A stretch of 64,000 nt of DNA from Cyclobacteriaceae bacterium (GTDB taxonomy: Bacteria > Bacteroidota > Bacteroidia > Cytophagales > Cyclobacteriaceae), in the NCBI GenBank assembly GCA_035318625.1, contig DATHEL010000002.1:316752-380751 (forward strand), given 5' to 3'. Each line of letters opens with the position of its first letter. The stretch's first letter is position 1. A program made the position numbers and the translations under genes. Under the pieces are notes generated by a model. It searched no databases and had not been told where the DNA came from. It saw only the letters and a list, made by a program, of their open reading frames with translations. Of the stretch, positions 1-8,789 are shown piece by piece.

Positions 1-1
1 C

Positions 2-250
2 CTCTGCACGGCCATGCTTTACGATCCGGTTGAGAAGGAGGCCAACAAGCCACAGCCATCCGCTCCGCTGCCCCCCATTCACGGCAGGCAAACACCGGAG
101 GTCAGGCGTAAGCGCCATTTTGCCGATAACCTCCGGTTGTTCGACCGCCTGGTTCGCCTCAAACAGTTCGTCATGCTCAAGAACTGGAAGAAGAAACCTT
201 CGGGCGACAGCCAGGAAAGAGGCATTCTCAGCTTCTTATTCTTTTGGTAA
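2..250 (+). CDS. 3' end of a GNAT-family acyltransferase typically found upstream of argG in Bacteroidota (candidate N-acylglutamate synthase); truncated by the window edge
   Basis: The frame is open from base 2 (LCTAMLYDP...) to TAA at 248-250. I recall the C-T-A-M-L-Y-D-P motif from this family, and the position directly before argG fits. Confidence 0.6.
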   Translation, partial: LCTAMLYDPVEKEANKPQPSAPLPPIHGRQTPEVRRKRHFADNLRLFDRLVRLKQFVMLKNWKKKPSGDSQERGILSFLFFW

Positions 251-257
251 CCAAAGG

Positions 258-354
258 ACGAGGTGAGGATGGGAGGATGGGACGAGGTGAGGAGATGACG
301 AGTCTTCGCGACCGCCATCGTCCTATCTTCACCTCTTCACCTCATCCCATCCTT
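258..354. repeat. Imperfect purine-rich/pyrimidine-rich inverted repeat (hairpin) inside the arg operon
   Basis: The left arm ggacgaggtgaggatgggaggatgggacgaggtgagg is complementary to the right arm cttcacctcttcacctcatcccatcc. Confidence 0.6.
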
Positions 355-375
355 CAGTTCTATTATCTTTAAGCG

Positions 376-1587
376 ATGAAAAAAGTCGTACTAGCTTTTA
401 GCGGGGGACTCGACACCTCCTACTGCGCCATTTACCTGTCGAAAGACCTGGGCTATGAAGTCCATACACTGACGGTGAACACCGGCGGCTTTAATGCCGA
501 AGAGCTCGTCCAGATCGAAAAGCGAGCGTTGAGCCTCGGTGTGAAGTCACACAAGGCCGTAGAAGAGACGGCCAACTATTACGACAAGGTGATCCGCTAC
601 CTGGTGTACGGCAACGTGCTCAAGAACGGCACCTATCCCCTCAGCGTGAGCGCCGAAAGGATGTCGCAGGCTCTTGCTGCCGCCCGTTACGCGATAGAGA
701 TCGGCGCAACGGCCGTCGCCCACGGAAGCACCGGTGCCGGCAACGACCAGGTACGGTTCGACATGGTGATCCAGATATTGGCGCCCGGCCTTGGCATCAT
801 CACTCCTATCCGCGACCTGCGTCTCAGCCGCGAAGCCGAGATCGAGTACCTGAAAGCCAACGGCGTCCAGATGAATTTCGAAAAGGCCAAGTATTCGATC
901 AATAAAGGTATGTGGGGAACGTCGGTCGGCGGCAAAGAGACCCTCAACTCTCTTGGGATGCTCCCCGAGGAAGCATGGCCGACCCAGGTTACTCAACAGG
1001 GCACCGAAGAGGTGAAGCTCGGTTTCAAAAAGGGCGAGTTGGTTTCTGTTAACGGAAGGGAGTATAGCCATCCCTCACTCGCCATCCAAAAGCTGCAGGA
1101 GATCGCGGGGCCGTACGGTATCGGCAGAGACATTCACGTGGGCGACACCATCATCGGCATCAAGGGACGTGTGGGCTTCGAGGCAGCCGCCCCCCTGGTC
1201 ATCATCAAGTCGCATCATGCACTCGAGAAGCACGTGCTCACTAAGTGGCAGCTGACCTGGAAAGACCAGCTGGCCCAGTTCTATGGTAACTGGCTGCACG
1301 AAGGCCAGTACCTCGACCCCATCATGCGCGACATCGAGGCGTTCCTCGCCAACTCGCAAACTCACGTTACAGGCACCGTATCGGTTTCGTTGTATCCTTA
1401 TCGCTTCCAGATCAACGGCATCGAGTCGGCGTACGACCTGATGTCTGCCAAGTTCGGTAAGTATGGAGAGATGAACCTGGGCTGGACAGGTGACGACGTG
1501 AAAGGCTTTACGAAGATCTTTGGGAACCAGGTGGGGATATATCACCAGGTAAAATCAGAAGCGGAGAAGTTAAAAGTTAATAGTTAA
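376..1587 (+). CDS. argG: Argininosuccinate synthase
   Basis: LAFSGGLDTS ATP-binding loop, HGSTGAGNDQVRF, and GRVGFEA motif. Confidence 0.98.
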   Translation: MKKVVLAFSGGLDTSYCAIYLSKDLGYEVHTLTVNTGGFNAEELVQIEKRALSLGVKSHKAVEETANYYDKVIRYLVYGNVLKNGTYPLSVSAERMSQALAAARYAIEIGATAVAHGSTGAGNDQVRFDMVIQILAPGLGIITPIRDLRLSREAEIEYLKANGVQMNFEKAKYSINKGMWGTSVGGKETLNSLGMLPEEAWPTQVTQQGTEEVKLGFKKGELVSVNGREYSHPSLAIQKLQEIAGPYGIGRDIHVGDTIIGIKGRVGFEAAAPLVIIKSHHALEKHVLTKWQLTWKDQLAQFYGNWLHEGQYLDPIMRDIEAFLANSQTHVTGTVSVSLYPYRFQINGIESAYDLMSAKFGKYGEMNLGWTGDDVKGFTKIFGNQVGIYHQVKSEAEKLKVNS

Positions 1588-1613
1588 AAACTAAAAGTTA
1601 AAAGTTAAGAGTT
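1570..1613 (+). repeat. Degenerate heptamer tandem array (TTAAAAG-like, 6 units) overlapping the argG stop codon
   Basis: ttaaaag ttaatag ttaaaaa ctaaaag ttaaaag ttaagag. Confidence 0.85.
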
Positions 1614-2582
1614 GTGATCAGAGCAGGAATTATTGGCGGAGCAGGTTACACCGGCGGGGAGACGATTCGGATTTTACTGAATCATCCCAACGTAGAGCTG
1701 GCATTTGTCCAAAGCAGAAGCCAGTCAGGAAAATACCTGCATGAGACTCACTCCGATCTCGTGGGAGAAACGGAGCTGAAGTTCTCGGCTGAGGTGGACA
1801 ACAATGTCGACGTGATCTTCCTTTGCCTGGGACATGGCGAGAGCAAGAAGCTTTTGGGTGAGAAGTCGTTCCCTTCGTCGGTGAAGCTCATCGATCTGGG
1901 GAATGATTTCCGGTTGGGTGACAAAGCGCCGGGACGGGAGTTTGTCTACGGGCTGCCGGAGCTCCAGCGCGAGAAGATCAAGACAGCATCGAACGTCGCC
2001 AACCCCGGATGTTTCGCGACAACGATACAACTTGGATTGCTTCCCCTTGCGAAAGCCGGCAAGCTGAAGGAAGTGTATGCGACAGGCATTACCGGCTCGA
2101 CCGGCGCTGGGCAAAAGCTCCAGGACACCACCCATTTTACGTGGCGTGCCAATAACATCTCCGCCTACAAGACACTGACTCATCAACACATGGGTGAGAT
2201 CAACCAGACATTGACCGCCCTTCAGCCCGGAGCCATTAATATGGTGAACTTCGTGCCATGGAGAGGCGATTTCACAAGAGGAATATTTGTAAGTTCCGTG
2301 GTGACGGTACCTGATTCATTAAGCGATCTGAATAAGATGTACAAAGAGTTCTATAAAGGACATCCCTTCACCCATGTAGCAGACTCCATGATCGATCTCA
2401 AGCAAGTGGTGAACACGAACAAGTGCCTGGTGTTCCTGGAGAAAGAAGGAGATAAGCTTGTTATCCATACCGCCTTAGACAACCTTTTGAAAGGCGCCAG
2501 CGGACAAGCAGTACAGAACATGAATCTAATATTCGGCTTCAACGAAGACGCCGGACTCCGTTTAAAGTCCACCGTCTTCTAA
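1614..2582 (+). CDS. argC: N-acyl-gamma-glutamyl-phosphate reductase
   Basis: GAGYTGGE Rossmann motif, NPGCFAT catalytic Cys, DNLLKGASGQAVQNMN. GTG start. Confidence 0.97.
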   Translation: MIRAGIIGGAGYTGGETIRILLNHPNVELAFVQSRSQSGKYLHETHSDLVGETELKFSAEVDNNVDVIFLCLGHGESKKLLGEKSFPSSVKLIDLGNDFRLGDKAPGREFVYGLPELQREKIKTASNVANPGCFATTIQLGLLPLAKAGKLKEVYATGITGSTGAGQKLQDTTHFTWRANNISAYKTLTHQHMGEINQTLTALQPGAINMVNFVPWRGDFTRGIFVSSVVTVPDSLSDLNKMYKEFYKGHPFTHVADSMIDLKQVVNTNKCLVFLEKEGDKLVIHTALDNLLKGASGQAVQNMNLIFGFNEDAGLRLKSTVF

Positions 2583-2590
2583 CAAGCCGC

Positions 2591-2670
2591 GATTAACGAG
2601 TAACGATTAACGACTTCGAACAACGAACGAACAACGACTAACGATTAACGAGTAACGAGTAACGAACAAG
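2591..2670 (+). repeat. Degenerate heptamer tandem array (GANTAAC/GAACAAC)
   Basis: gattaac gagtaac gattaac ... gaacaac gactaac gattaac gagtaac gagtaac gaacaag, ending just before the proC ATG. Confidence 0.85.
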
Positions 2671-2673
2671 TAT

Positions 2674-3477
2674 ATGAGTGAACTCAAGATAGCAATCCTC
2701 GGTGGCGGAAATCTCGGTGTCGCCATCGCCCGTGGTGTAGTAAAGTCAAAGCTCACGACCCCGTCGTCCATCACCATTACGCGAAGGCATTTACCCAAGC
2801 TCGAACAAATGAAGTTCGACGGTTACTCGGTCACATCCGACAACCAGGCTGCGGTGAAGTCTGCCACTATCGTGATCCTGGCGGTTCAGCCCAAGCAGCT
2901 GGCCGGCTTGATCCAGGAGATCTCTCCCGTGGTCACCGATAAACATATTCTGGTTTCGACCATCACGGGGATCTCGATCGAAGAAATTGCAGATCACCTC
3001 GGCAAGAAAGTGGCCATTGTACGCGCCATGCCCAACACCGCGGTCGCAATCGGTGCATCGATGACCTGCCTGTGTGCGCGCGACACAACGGACAAGCAGC
3101 TTGCAGACATCCGTAAGTTGTTCGACAGTGTCGGTATCACTTTGGTGATCGAAGAGCGGTTGATGAAAGCAGCGACGGTGCTCGCGGCCAGCGGCATTGC
3201 ATTCTACATGCGGTACATCCGCGCCGCCACACAAGGCGGTATTCAAATGGGATTCGACGCCGAAGCAGCGCAGCTCATCACAGGTCAGACTGCACGCGGC
3301 GCGGCTTCCCTCCTGCTGGACAAGGACACACACCCCGAGATCGAGATCGATAAGGTAACGACACCCGAGGGTTGTACGATCGCCGGGCTAAACGAGATGG
3401 AACACCAGGGCCTGAGCTCCGCGCTTATTAAAGGAATTATTGCATCGTTCGATAAGATTAACACGATCAAGAAATAA
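2674..3477 (+). CDS. proC: Pyrroline-5-carboxylate reductase
   Basis: ILGGGNLG, LAVQP, RAMPNT, and VTTPEGCTIAG motifs. Confidence 0.96.
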   Translation: MSELKIAILGGGNLGVAIARGVVKSKLTTPSSITITRRHLPKLEQMKFDGYSVTSDNQAAVKSATIVILAVQPKQLAGLIQEISPVVTDKHILVSTITGISIEEIADHLGKKVAIVRAMPNTAVAIGASMTCLCARDTTDKQLADIRKLFDSVGITLVIEERLMKAATVLAASGIAFYMRYIRAATQGGIQMGFDAEAAQLITGQTARGAASLLLDKDTHPEIEIDKVTTPEGCTIAGLNEMEHQGLSSALIKGIIASFDKINTIKK

Positions 3478-4610
3478 TGAAACCGTTCGACGTCTATCCC
3501 TTATTCCCTATAGAACCCGTTCGTGCACAAGGCTCGTGGTTGTGGGATGACAAGGGTGTCAAATATTTGGACCTCTATGGAGGGCACGCCGTCATCTCCA
3601 TCGGTCACGGTCATCCCCATTACGTCAAGAAGCTCGAGGACCAGCTCAACAGGATCTCGTTCTATTCGAACAGCGTTCAGAACCCATTACAGGATCGTCT
3701 CGCGGAAAAACTGGGTGAAGTTTCGGGCTATCCCGATTACCAGCTGTTCATGTGTAACTCCGGTGCCGAAGCAAACGAGAATGCCTTGAAGCTTGCATCG
3801 TTTGTTACAGGCCGGAAAAAAGTCGTTGCATTTAAGAAGGCATTCCACGGACGCACTTCCGGGGCCGTTGCCGCCACCGACAATCCGAAGATCGTCTCTC
3901 CTTTCAACGCCGGTCACGATGTCACCTTCATTCCCATGAATGATGTCGCGGCGCTGTCGGTGATCAATAAAGAAATCGCTGCCGTGATCATCGAAGGCAT
4001 CCAGGGCGTGGGTGGTATTCAGCTGCCCTCCGATTCGTTCCTGGTCGCCCTTGCCGCAAAGTGTAAAGAAACCGGTACGCTCCTCGTGCTTGACGAAGTT
4101 CAGTCGGGCTACGGAAGAACCGGGAAGTTCTTCGCACACCAGTTCTCCGGCATCACGCCGGACCTTATTACAGTGGCCAAAGGGATGGGCAATGGGTTCC
4201 CGGTGGGCGGACTACTGGTCCAGCCCGGCATCAAAGGTGTTCATGGAATGCTCGGAACGACGTTCGGTGGAAATCATCTTGCTTGCGCTGCAGCACTCGC
4301 AGTGCTGGAAGTGATCGACAACGAAAAGCTGATGAGGAACGCCCAGGTGATGGGAAATTACTGGATGAACGAATTGAAATCATTCCCTGCTGTGACTGCC
4401 ATTCGCGGCCGCGGGCTCATCATCGGCTTCGATCTGCCGGAAAACTTTGCAAGCCTCAGAAAAGATCTTCTCTTCAAACATCAGATTTTCACCGGTGAGG
4501 CCAAACCCAATACGATCCGCCTTCTGCCTTCGTTGGCATTGAAGCAGGACGAAGCGTCGGCTCTCATCGAAGCTCTTACAATTGAATTTAACCTCGCAGT
4601 CGCTTCATGA
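3477..4610 (+). CDS. argD: Acylornithine aminotransferase (class III PLP enzyme)
   Basis: NSGAEANE, FHGRT, DEVQSGYGRTG, PDLITVAKGMGNG (PLP lysine), GTTFGGN. Confidence 0.96.
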   Translation: MKPFDVYPLFPIEPVRAQGSWLWDDKGVKYLDLYGGHAVISIGHGHPHYVKKLEDQLNRISFYSNSVQNPLQDRLAEKLGEVSGYPDYQLFMCNSGAEANENALKLASFVTGRKKVVAFKKAFHGRTSGAVAATDNPKIVSPFNAGHDVTFIPMNDVAALSVINKEIAAVIIEGIQGVGGIQLPSDSFLVALAAKCKETGTLLVLDEVQSGYGRTGKFFAHQFSGITPDLITVAKGMGNGFPVGGLLVQPGIKGVHGMLGTTFGGNHLACAAALAVLEVIDNEKLMRNAQVMGNYWMNELKSFPAVTAIRGRGLIIGFDLPENFASLRKDLLFKHQIFTGEAKPNTIRLLPSLALKQDEASALIEALTIEFNLAVAS

Positions 4611-5557
4611 AGAACTTCCTGTCTGTCGGCGACGTAAGTGATCTCGATCAGATGATCGAGACGGCGCTCGCCTACAAGTCATCTCCCCTGAAAGACCACG
4701 CCCTGGGTAAAGACAAGACCATGGGCATGCTATTTCTCAATCCAAGCATGCGCACACGGCTCAGCACCCAGATTGCGGCGAAGAATCTCGGTATGGAGTC
4801 CATCGTGTTTAACGTGGGACAAGACGGATGGGCGCTGGAGTTCGAAGACGAAGCCATTATGAGCGGGACAACGGTCGAACACGTGAAAGATGCCGCTCCC
4901 ATTCTCGGGAAGTATTTCGATGTTCTCGGGATACGGACATTCCCTTCGCTGAAAAACAAAGAGGAAGATTACAGTGAGCTGTACATCAAACAATTCATCA
5001 AGTACTCGGGGATTCCCGTCGTGAGCCTGGAGAGCGCTACACTTCATCCGCTTCAGAGTTTGACCGATCTCATTACGATGAGAGAAGTCTATAAGGAAAA
5101 GAGAAAGCCGAAAGTTGTGCTTACCTGGGCGCCGCATGTGAAGGCTCTCCCCCAATGCGTGGCCAACAGTTTTTCACAGTGGGTGAACTACTGGGGCGGT
5201 GCCGACTTTGTGATCACACATCCCGAAGATTACGACCTGAGCACACAGTTCACGAAGGGTGCCACGATCGTGAACGATCAGGACGAGGCCCTGGACGGCG
5301 CTGATTTCGTGTACGTAAAGAACTGGAGCACGTTCGACGACTACGGGAAGATCTATGTGAACGACCCGCGATGGATGCTTACACAGGAAAAGATCAAAAA
5401 AACGAACAATGCCAAAGTAATGCATTGCTTGCCTGTCCGCCGAAATGTGGAACTTAGCGATGAGATCCTGGACAGCCCCAACAGCGTGGTGACGCAGCAA
5501 GCGGGAAACAGGGTGTGGGCCGCACAGGCAGTATTGAGTGAGATATTGAAAGGATGA
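4607..5557 (+). CDS. argF: N-acylornithine carbamoyltransferase (ArgF'), predicted N-succinylornithine-specific
   Basis: SMRTR, HPLQ, WAPH...LPQ and HCLPVRR motifs of the AOTCase/SOTCase family; Val at position 90 (IMSGTTVEH). Confidence 0.93.
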   Translation: MKNFLSVGDVSDLDQMIETALAYKSSPLKDHALGKDKTMGMLFLNPSMRTRLSTQIAAKNLGMESIVFNVGQDGWALEFEDEAIMSGTTVEHVKDAAPILGKYFDVLGIRTFPSLKNKEEDYSELYIKQFIKYSGIPVVSLESATLHPLQSLTDLITMREVYKEKRKPKVVLTWAPHVKALPQCVANSFSQWVNYWGGADFVITHPEDYDLSTQFTKGATIVNDQDEALDGADFVYVKNWSTFDDYGKIYVNDPRWMLTQEKIKKTNNAKVMHCLPVRRNVELSDEILDSPNSVVTQQAGNRVWAAQAVLSEILKG

Positions 5558-6342
5558 ACAGACTATACATCATTAAGATCGGTGGTAATGTGCTGGACGA
5601 CGACAATGCGCTTCAGATCTTCCTGAAGGACTTCGCGTCGATCCAGGCTCCGAAGATCCTTATTCACGGCGGTGGAAAGATCGCTACGAAGATCGGGGAA
5701 CAGCTGGGCATACAATCGCATTACGTGAAGGGCCGCCGGATCACGGATGCTCCGACGCTCGACCTGGTCACGATGATCTACGGCGGGTTGGTCAACAAAC
5801 AGATCGTTGCCAGGCTTCAGCAGTTAGGCAGCAATGCCATGGGCGTTACCGGCGCCGACGGCAATATGATCAAGGCCGTGAAGCGCCCGGTGAAAGACAT
5901 CGATTACGGTTTCGTTGGTGACATCACGCCGGCCAGTGTGAACTCCACGCTGCTGTATTTTCTTCTGAAACAAAACGTCATCCCCGTATTTGCATCGCTC
6001 ACGCACGCCGACGGTGTGATGCTCAACACCAACGCCGACACCATTGCACAAGTGTTGGCCGTTTCCCTCAGCAAGCATTTCGACGTTCGACTCATTTACT
6101 GCTTCGAAAAGAAAGGTGTTCTCAAAGATATTTCCGACGACAACTCGGTTATCCGTCAGCTCGATGAGTCATCGTACCAGCGTTTGTTAAAAAACGGCTC
6201 TTTCGCCGATGGCATCCTGCCCAAGCTGGAGAATGCTTTCTCCGCCATCAACGCCGGTGTCCGTGAAGTGCTCATCGGCGATGCCACCCATCTCACCCGC
6301 AACACCGGCCAGGAGACAGAAGGTACGTTAATCACCAAGTAG
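5554..6342 (+). CDS. argB: N-acylglutamate kinase
   Basis: IIKIGG, IHGGG, GRRITD, NTNADTIA, GILPKL. Confidence 0.96.
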   Translation: MNRLYIIKIGGNVLDDDNALQIFLKDFASIQAPKILIHGGGKIATKIGEQLGIQSHYVKGRRITDAPTLDLVTMIYGGLVNKQIVARLQQLGSNAMGVTGADGNMIKAVKRPVKDIDYGFVGDITPASVNSTLLYFLLKQNVIPVFASLTHADGVMLNTNADTIAQVLAVSLSKHFDVRLIYCFEKKGVLKDISDDNSVIRQLDESSYQRLLKNGSFADGILPKLENAFSAINAGVREVLIGDATHLTRNTGQETEGTLITK

Positions 6343-6344
6343 CG

Positions 6345-7388
6345 ATGCAGGAAGCGATCGAACTCCTGGCTCAGCTCATTTCCATTCCATCTTTCAGCCG
6401 GGAAGAAGACAAGACTGCCGATGCCATCCAGGACTTCTTCAAAAAACACAATATCCCCACTCATCGCCACGGCAACAACGTGTGGGCGAAGAATTTAAAT
6501 TTCAAAGAAGGGCTTCCGACCCTCCTTCTCAACTCACATCACGACACTGTAAAGCCCAACCCCGGGTACACCCGTGATCCATTCAAGCCGACAATCGAGG
6601 ACGGCAAGCTTTATGGCTTGGGCAGCAATGATGCGGGGGGCGCCCTGGTGTCGTTGATAGCAACGTTCGTACGCTTCTTTCCTTCCAAACTCAAGTACAA
6701 CCTTGTCTTCGCTGCCAGCGCAGAGGAAGAGATCTCCGGGACAAACGGCATCGAGAGCATCTGGAGCCAGTTACCGAAGATCGACTGCGCCATCGTCGGC
6801 GAGCCGACCCTCACCGACATTGCCATTGCAGAGAAAGGCCTCATGGTACTCGACTGCATTTCGAAAGGAAAAGCAGGACATGCCGCCCGCGAAGAAGGTG
6901 TGAACGCCATCTACGAAGCCCTTCAGGATATCGAATGGTTCCGGACCCACTCCTTTCCGAAAGTATCCGGCACCCTTGGAACTGTAAAGATGTCGGTCAC
7001 GATGATACAGGCCGGGCAAGCTCACAACCAGGTGCCGCCGGAATGTAAGTTCACCGTCGACGTACGGGTAACCGATGCCTATACCCTCGAAGAAATTCTC
7101 GAGCAAGTGAAGAAGAATGTGAAGTGCAGCGTAGAGCCGAGGTCGCTCCGCCTGAGGCCTTCCGGTATTGCGAAAGACCACCCGCTCGTGGTATCAGCAG
7201 GTAAGCTTGGAAGGAAACAGTATGGCTCACCGACCACCTCCGATCAGGCGTTGATACCCGCACCCTCGATCAAAGTTGGCCCGGGAGACTCGGCTCGTTC
7301 GCATTCTGCGGATGAATTCATTTATCTTAACGAGATTGAAGCCGGGATCGCTACCTATGTTAGCCTGATCGAAGGACTGAATGAATAG
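6345..7388 (+). CDS. argE: M20 family deacylase (ArgE-like; probably acts on N-acyl-citrulline or N-acyl-ornithine)
   Basis: LLNSHHDTV, YGLGSNDAG, AEEE, IVGEPT, and SHSADE metal-binding motifs; located in the arg operon. Confidence 0.88.
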   Translation: MQEAIELLAQLISIPSFSREEDKTADAIQDFFKKHNIPTHRHGNNVWAKNLNFKEGLPTLLLNSHHDTVKPNPGYTRDPFKPTIEDGKLYGLGSNDAGGALVSLIATFVRFFPSKLKYNLVFAASAEEEISGTNGIESIWSQLPKIDCAIVGEPTLTDIAIAEKGLMVLDCISKGKAGHAAREEGVNAIYEALQDIEWFRTHSFPKVSGTLGTVKMSVTMIQAGQAHNQVPPECKFTVDVRVTDAYTLEEILEQVKKNVKCSVEPRSLRLRPSGIAKDHPLVVSAGKLGRKQYGSPTTSDQALIPAPSIKVGPGDSARSHSADEFIYLNEIEAGIATYVSLIEGLNE

Positions 7389-7430
7389 TGATTTGTTTTT
7401 CGCAGCAACAGATGATACTCGACTTGCCTC

Positions 7431-7454
7431 GAACAACGAACAACGAACAACGAT
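7431..7454 (+). repeat. GAACAAC heptamer x3 immediately upstream of argH
   Basis: gaacaac gaacaac gaacaac ga. Confidence 0.8.
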
Positions 7455-7457
7455 TTT

Positions 7458-8789
7458 ATGAAGCTCTGGCAAAAAGATAAAGACTCCCTCGCGGAGGTCA
7501 CCGGTTTTACCACCGGCGCCGACCGCGACATGGACCTGTTCCTCGCTCCCTACGACGTCATCGGGTCGCTGGCGCACATCCGGATGCTCGAATCGATCGG
7601 GCTCCTGAAAAAAGAAGAGCTGACGATCCTCAGCTCCGCGCTCAAAGAGATCCATAAGCAAATACGAAAAGGCGATTTCCGTATCGACGAAGGTGTCGAA
7701 GACATTCACTCTCAAATCGAATTACTGCTGACCACACAACTTGGTGACGTCGGCAAGAAGATACATAGCGGTCGCTCCCGCAACGACCAGGTGCTGGTCG
7801 ACCTGAAGCTCTACCTCCGCCGCGAGATCAAAGAGATCACGGAGCTGGTCAGCCGGCTCTTCGACCTGCTCATCGCGAAAAGCGAAGAACATAAAGACAA
7901 CCTGATGCCCGGCTATACGCATCTCCAGCTCGCGATGCCGTCGTCGTTCGGACTGTGGTTCGGTGCGTATGCGGAGAGCCTGGTGGATGATGTGATCACG
8001 CTGCAGGCTGCGTTCCGCGTCGTGAACAAGAACCCACTCGGTTCTGCGGCAGGCTACGGCTCCTCGTTCCCGCTCGACAGGAAGATGACCACCGAGCTGC
8101 TCGGCTTCGAAGACCTGAACTATAACGTAGTGTACGCACAGATGGGCCGGGGTAAGACCGAAAGGATCGTCGCGTCGGCGCTGGCGAACATTGCCGCCAC
8201 ACTCGGTAAGCTCTCGATGGATGCGTGTCTTTTTCTCAACCAGAATTTCGGCTTCATCAGTTTTCCGGATGAGCTGACAACCGGCTCTAGCATCATGCCT
8301 CATAAAAAGAACCCCGACGTTTTCGAGATCATCCGGGCCAGATGTAACCAGATGATCGCTTTGCCCAACAACATCGCCATGGGAACAACCAATCTCCCCT
8401 CCGGCTATCACCGCGACCTTCAGCTGTTGAAAGAAATACTGTTTCCTTCGATCCGGCAATTGAAACAGTGTATCGAAATGGCGCACCTGATGATCTCCAA
8501 CGTCTCCGTAAAGACCAACATCCTCAGTGACGAAAAATACAAGTTCCTGTTCAGCGTCGAAGAAGTGAATAAGCTCGTGCTTTCGGGCGTGCCCTTCCGG
8601 GATGCCTACAAACGTGTGGGGCTCGACATCGAACAGGGTAAATACAATCCTTCGACCACCGTCGCCCATACCCACGCCGGCAGCATCGGCAATCTCGCGA
8701 ATGGTGAAATCAAAGAAATGATGTCGCGTGCGCTGAAGTCGTTCGGTTTCGAAAAGATCGATAAACAAGAGAAGGCGCTCACCGAATGA
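7458..8789 (+). CDS. argH: Argininosuccinate lyase
   Basis: HSGRSRNDQV, PGYTHLQ, PLGSAAG, and GSSIMPHKKNPD signature. Confidence 0.98.
   Translation: MKLWQKDKDSLAEVTGFTTGADRDMDLFLAPYDVIGSLAHIRMLESIGLLKKEELTILSSALKEIHKQIRKGDFRIDEGVEDIHSQIELLLTTQLGDVGKKIHSGRSRNDQVLVDLKLYLRREIKEITELVSRLFDLLIAKSEEHKDNLMPGYTHLQLAMPSSFGLWFGAYAESLVDDVITLQAAFRVVNKNPLGSAAGYGSSFPLDRKMTTELLGFEDLNYNVVYAQMGRGKTERIVASALANIAATLGKLSMDACLFLNQNFGFISFPDELTTGSSIMPHKKNPDVFEIIRARCNQMIALPNNIAMGTTNLPSGYHRDLQLLKEILFPSIRQLKQCIEMAHLMISNVSVKTNILSDEKYKFLFSVEEVNKLVLSGVPFRDAYKRVGLDIEQGKYNPSTTVAHTHAGSIGNLANGEIKEMMSRALKSFGFEKIDKQEKALTE

Noticed and set aside
2591-2670. Possible CRISPR array
   Set aside because: The units are 7 nt with no unique spacers, and no cas genes are in the window.
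7722-8768. 348-aa minus-strand ORF
   Set aside because: It lies antisense to argH, has no recognisable motifs, and is the expected shadow of a GC3-rich gene.
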